Shown here: piece by piece, positions 62,401 to 64,000 of the stretch
Numbering within the stretch: the first letter of the stretch is position 1
How the letters are laid out: each line of letters starts with the position of its first letter
Source: Cyanophora paradoxa CCMP329
Taxonomy: Eukaryota; Plantae; Glaucophyta
Length of the DNA: 64,000 bases
Reading direction: 5' to 3'
Assembly: GCA_004431415.1 (NCBI GenBank)
Contig: QPMI01000015.1
Location: 434,001-498,000 of the forward strand
Translations under genes and position numbers: made by a program
Notes under the pieces: generated by a model
Told to the model about the DNA's origin: nothing
The model's database searches: none
What the model saw: the letters and a program-made list of their open reading frames with translations, nothing else

Positions 62401-63152
62401 TTAAGCTTGTTCTAAACTCGGACCCTTCTCAGATCTTCGGGAGTTTCGTCAGCCTCATCTCCCGCCCGCGGCCGCCGCAGCAGCGCCGAGGGCGAGTGCG
62501 CCATCTGCAGCGAGCCGCTGATCGCGCCGAGCACGCGCGGCCCCGCCCGCCGCCTCTACTGCGGACGTGCGCCGACCTTTTATGTATGCGTCATCGTGTT
62601 TTAAATCTTCCCTCCGCGATTTTCGCAGACGAGTTCCACGGCGCGTGTGTCGACGGCTGGGCGCGCTCGGACTTCTCGGATGGCTGCTGCCCCATCTGCC
62701 GCGCCCCGCTCGATCGCGACGGATCGCAGCTCCAGCTCGCGACGCAAGTGGGGCCAGCAGCCGCTGCTGTTTCGCAGACCGCCTTGAGCTCTTCGGCCCC
62801 GGTTCCTGCCGCTGTCTTGGAGGCCGCAAGATCTGGACCGCCCTCTCCGTCCTCGAGTCCCCACCCATTTGCATGCACTGGCGTTCGAATTCCGCCGGCC
62901 CGCTCGCGTCCCTACCAGCCGCCCTGGGGCGGCGCGCCCCCTCCGGCGTCGGGCCGAGCCGCAGACGACGTCGACGTCGCTTCGATGCAGCGGCGGCTGG
63001 CGGAGATGCGAGCCGAGCTCGCGGCGGCGGCGGAGCGGGAGGCGAGGCTCGCTGCTGAGCTGGCGGAGGTGCAGAGGCGAGGCGCCGCGTCCCGCGGCCA
63101 GCGCGCGAATTCAAACACCAGGCCTCCTGCTTACGGTCGTCGTGAAGTGTGA
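59463..63152 (+). CDS. CCCH zinc finger + RING-H2 protein with an N-terminal helical region and a C-terminal coiled coil (putative E3 ligase), multi-exon
   Basis: VCRYFAQGFCRLGHHCRFLH (~62277-62336). Spliced ECAICSEPL...YCG|HEFHGACVDGW...CCPICR (~62494-62702). Coiled coil MQRRLAEMRAELAAAAEREARL. The 3' end is uncertain. Confidence 0.82.
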
Positions 63153-63435
63153 TCGCAGTCGCCTGATTCGGCCATGGAAACCGAAATTTATTTGCGTGTA
63201 ATCCGCCAACAGTACTTGTATGGGATCCAACATTGATTGAAGGGACAAGGGGCCGGGGCAACGGGTCAAGTGTGATCGCAGTCGCTTAATTCGGCCATGG
63301 AAGCCGAAATTTATTTGCGTGTAATCCGCCAACAGTACTTCTATGGGATCCAACATTGATTGAAGGGGCAAGGGGCCGGGGCAACGGGTCGGGCCTCGGT
63401 GGGTTCGAAGATTGATTGATTGAAGGGGCAAGGGG
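63145..63435. repeat. 123-bp tandem repeat (2 copies plus a partial) between convergent gene ends
   Basis: 63145-63267 is nearly identical to 63268-63390. A third fragment, ATTGATTGAAGGGGCAAGGGG, lies at ~63415. Confidence 0.92.
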
Positions 63436-63656
63436 ACCCACATACCCAGCTCGATTTGCGGGCGAATTTGCCGCTCTAACTACATATATAAAGTCATGAT
63501 CAACTGCACTTCACTTCAAATTGCGGATTCATAATTGGTTTACAAATGAATATTCCGGGGCAAATTTGCATATATAATACTGCTGTCAAATGGCGCTCTG
63601 CCGGCGCCTCAAAGCGCTATACAAGATACAACCCGTGCAGACGCGGATGTGAAGGG

Positions 63657-64000
63657 CTAGAGAGCGATTTGGCTCGCGAACTTGAGGAGGACGGGGACGC
63701 CGGCTTCGAGGTCGACCCACGCGGTGCGTTCCACGCCGTACTGCTCCTCGCTCACCGCCCCCGCGTACTGCGCGAGCGTCTCCGCCGAGAGCCCGCCCAT
63801 CGTGACTGCGCATGCGCGCGTTGTGCCACCGATGAGCGCGATCTCAATCGGCCCCGCGCCGCCGAGCAGCGGTAGCTGGGCCGAGAGAAAGGGATGGGCG
63901 TCGACATCGCACCCGGCACGCGGCAGGCCATCTTCGAAGACAAGAGGACCCCGGTCCACGCCCCGTTCTCCATCCGCAGGCGAGCCTGCGCATTGTGGTA
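63657..64000 (-). CDS. agd3: 3' end of a second Agd3-like paralogue (gene continues beyond the right edge)
   Basis: VTMGGLSAETLAQYAGAVSEEQYGVERTAWVDLEAGVPVLLKFASQIAL* closely matches the last exon of the 49704-58547 gene (VTMEGLSPETLARYAGAVAVEKYGVDRTAWVNLKAGVPVFLQFASPIAL*). The preceding exon ENGAWTGVLLSS also matches ENGTWTGLLLSS. Confidence 0.85.
   Translation of the reverse strand, partial: PQCAGSPADGERGVDRGPLVFEDGLPRAGCDVDAHPFLSAQLPLLGGAGPIEIALIGGTTRACAVTMGGLSAETLAQYAGAVSEEQYGVERTAWVDLEAGVPVLLKFASQIAL

Noticed and set aside
50945-63435. Short repeats with spacers as possible CRISPR arrays (50945-51227, 63145-63435)
   Set aside because: Eukaryotic context, degenerate or fully tandem units, no unique equal-length spacers and no cas genes.
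1-64000. tRNA/rRNA genes (several GGTTCGA words)
   Set aside because: By eye, none has a cloverleaf context or rRNA similarity.

Overview
GC-rich, intron-dense eukaryotic genomic DNA from a protist or alga; the mostly 40-80 nt GT-AG introns resemble those of glaucophytes such as Cyanophora, but the taxon is not established. Exon boundaries below are approximate. Genes, left to right: (1) an N-acylated NACHT-pentapeptide-WD40 NLR-like gene (minus, runs off the left edge) with one WD40 blade per exon; (2) a vWA + alpha-kinase gene bracketed by a ~355-bp duplicated segment of a neighbouring hypothetical gene; (3) a helical/coiled-coil RING-H2 gene; (4) a large CUB/IPT-containing type-I membrane protein; (5) a mobile-element patch with a 224-bp MITE and a 5'-truncated LINE-like fragment between two ~850-bp direct repeats, the whole flanked by GTAC; (6) a full-length NBAS (Sec39/MIP2) orthologue, head-to-head with a hypothetical gene; (7) a folate-receptor-like gene and a small hypothetical gene; (8) an Agd3/CE18-family polysaccharide deacetylase with five tandem copies of an unrecognised Trp/Cys-rich domain; (9) a CCCH + RING-H2 gene; (10) the 3' end of a second Agd3 paralogue. 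The most novel-looking items are the five-domain Agd3 fusion, the pseudo-LTR LINE structure and the exon-modular NLR.
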